Positions 16,046-17,309 of a stretch of 17,309 nucleotides of DNA are shown one piece after another. Source of the DNA: Thermoproteaceae archaeon (lineage in GTDB: Archaea; Thermoproteota; Thermoprotei; Thermoproteales; Thermoproteaceae). Position 1 is the first letter of the stretch. Every line of letters begins with the position of its first letter. The notes under the pieces are model-generated. The model was given only the letters and a program-made list of their open reading frames with translations. It was not told the DNA's origin and did not search any database. Both the position numbers and the translations under genes were made by a program. The DNA lies in contig JAJHRB010000032.1 of assembly GCA_020833025.1 (NCBI GenBank), positions 1 through 17,309 of the forward strand, given 5' to 3'.

Positions 16046-17193
16046 GGCCTCAGCGCCTTCCTATGGTGCGCGAACCCCTCATACTCTGCCAGCACTGACG
16101 CCTCTCTTGCGAGCTCCAGCCTGCCCACCGCCTCGGCTATGCCGATGGGCTTCATGAAGGTGCTCGGTGTGATTATGCCGCGCCACTTAGCGGAGCCGCC
16201 GGTCGGGAGGACGTGGCTAATCCCGGCGGCGTAGTCGAGGTAGGGGCTCGGCATGTTGACCGAGACCGCGCCCGCGTTTCTCACGCGGTACGCCACCTCC
16301 CGCCTCCCCCAGACCTCCAGGTGCTCTGGGGCAATCTCGTCTATCACGCGCACAGCCTCGTCGGCGCCGGCCACCCTCAGCGTCTTGAGAGGCCCCATCG
16401 ACGAGGTCCTCTCGCGGGCGTATATCTCCTCGGCCCTCCGTATGAGCCGCTCGTCGGGAGAGATGAAATATGCGAGAGACGCGGGGCCGTGCTCCAGCTG
16501 GGCCAGCACGCCGCGCATCGCAACCTCGGCGTCAACGCCCTCGGCGTACACGGCCAGCTCCGTGGGCCCCTCAATTCCGTCAATGCCGACGTACTGCGAG
16601 AGGACGTACTTGGCGGCCTGCACGTACAACCCGCCGGGCCCTGCTATCATGTCCACGCCGAGGTGGAAGGCTGCGTACGCAAGGCCGTGCGGCCCCCCGA
16701 GTGGCACCACAGCGGCCACGCCGAGCTCCCTAGCCACCGCGAGAATCTCAGGGGCGGCACCCTTGGGCGGGGTGACCACGTACACGCGCTCCACGCCGGC
16801 GACCCGCGCCGGGACGGCGAGCATCACGAGCGTCGAGATGTACCTGGCCGGGACGTACAGGGCGACGGCGCGCACTGGCTTCCAGACGACCAGCCTGAGA
16901 ACCCCGTTGTAGTAATCCGCGGCGCCGCTCGGGACGAGCTTCCTGTAGAACGTCTCCAGAGCCCTGGCAATCTCGAGCGCGGCGCTCACCACCTCGCGGC
17001 TCCCACCGGGGCGCGGCTCGACGAGCGGCTTCTCGGGGGCCGTTCCGTCCAGGCGCCTGGAGTACTCGAGAGCCGCATCAAGCCCCCGCGCAACAACGTC
17101 GTCGACTATCTGCTCTACCGCCCTAATGGCGTCGCGCGGTATGGCCCTGCCCGGTCTCGTGGCGGCGCCGCACTCGCGGCCCTCCCGCTCCAT
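16042..17193 (-). CDS. hisD: Histidinol dehydrogenase
   Basis: GPGGLYVQAAK, GIDGIEGPTE, QLEHG, APEHLE, DYAAGISHVLPTGG and EGFAH motifs. TATAAA ends 22 nt before ATG 17193. Confidence 0.92.
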   Translation of the reverse strand: MEREGRECGAATRPGRAIPRDAIRAVEQIVDDVVARGLDAALEYSRRLDGTAPEKPLVEPRPGGSREVVSAALEIARALETFYRKLVPSGAADYYNGVLRLVVWKPVRAVALYVPARYISTLVMLAVPARVAGVERVYVVTPPKGAAPEILAVARELGVAAVVPLGGPHGLAYAAFHLGVDMIAGPGGLYVQAAKYVLSQYVGIDGIEGPTELAVYAEGVDAEVAMRGVLAQLEHGPASLAYFISPDERLIRRAEEIYARERTSSMGPLKTLRVAGADEAVRVIDEIAPEHLEVWGRREVAYRVRNAGAVSVNMPSPYLDYAAGISHVLPTGGSAKWRGIITPSTFMKPIGIAEAVGRLELAREASVLAEYEGFAHHRKALRP

Positions 17194-17309
17194 GCCGCCC
17201 GGGGCGGCAGTGCATTTATACTGGCCGTGCCTGGTTTGCAGTTAGTCTCGCGGCCGCCCGCATGCATCGGGGAACCGGGAGGGCTTCTGATAGCGCCGGG
17301 CTGCTGGGC

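Overview
Archaeal chromosomal window, most likely Thermoproteaceae (Pyrobaculum/Thermoproteus-like), inferred from gene content, GC-rich coding regions and leaderless TATA-driven starts. The left part is a biosynthetic cluster: thyX, htpX, glnA, leuB, leuA-like, leuD, and a two-gene archaeal glutamate synthase. The middle is a remnant of the RNase P/exosome neighbourhood (pop5, rpp30, a COG1325-type RNA-binding protein, rpl15e), a degenerate flavoprotein-like gene and a ~1.7 kb stretch of broken ORFs, several hydrophobic. The right end carries hisE and hisD. Most notable: (1) the promoter-predicted start of the leuA-like gene reads MSSGLA-stop and joins the catalytic frame only through a -1 shift on a G4 run just before a Leu codon. 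This is either an assembly error/mutation or a leucine-sensing recoding switch. (2) A dispersed C-rich repeat family sits at gene 3' ends. (3) The glutamate synthase FMN subunit contains an internal second, degenerate barrel. No CRISPR array, rRNA, tRNA or transposase is supported. All protein calls come from motif recognition, not database searches.
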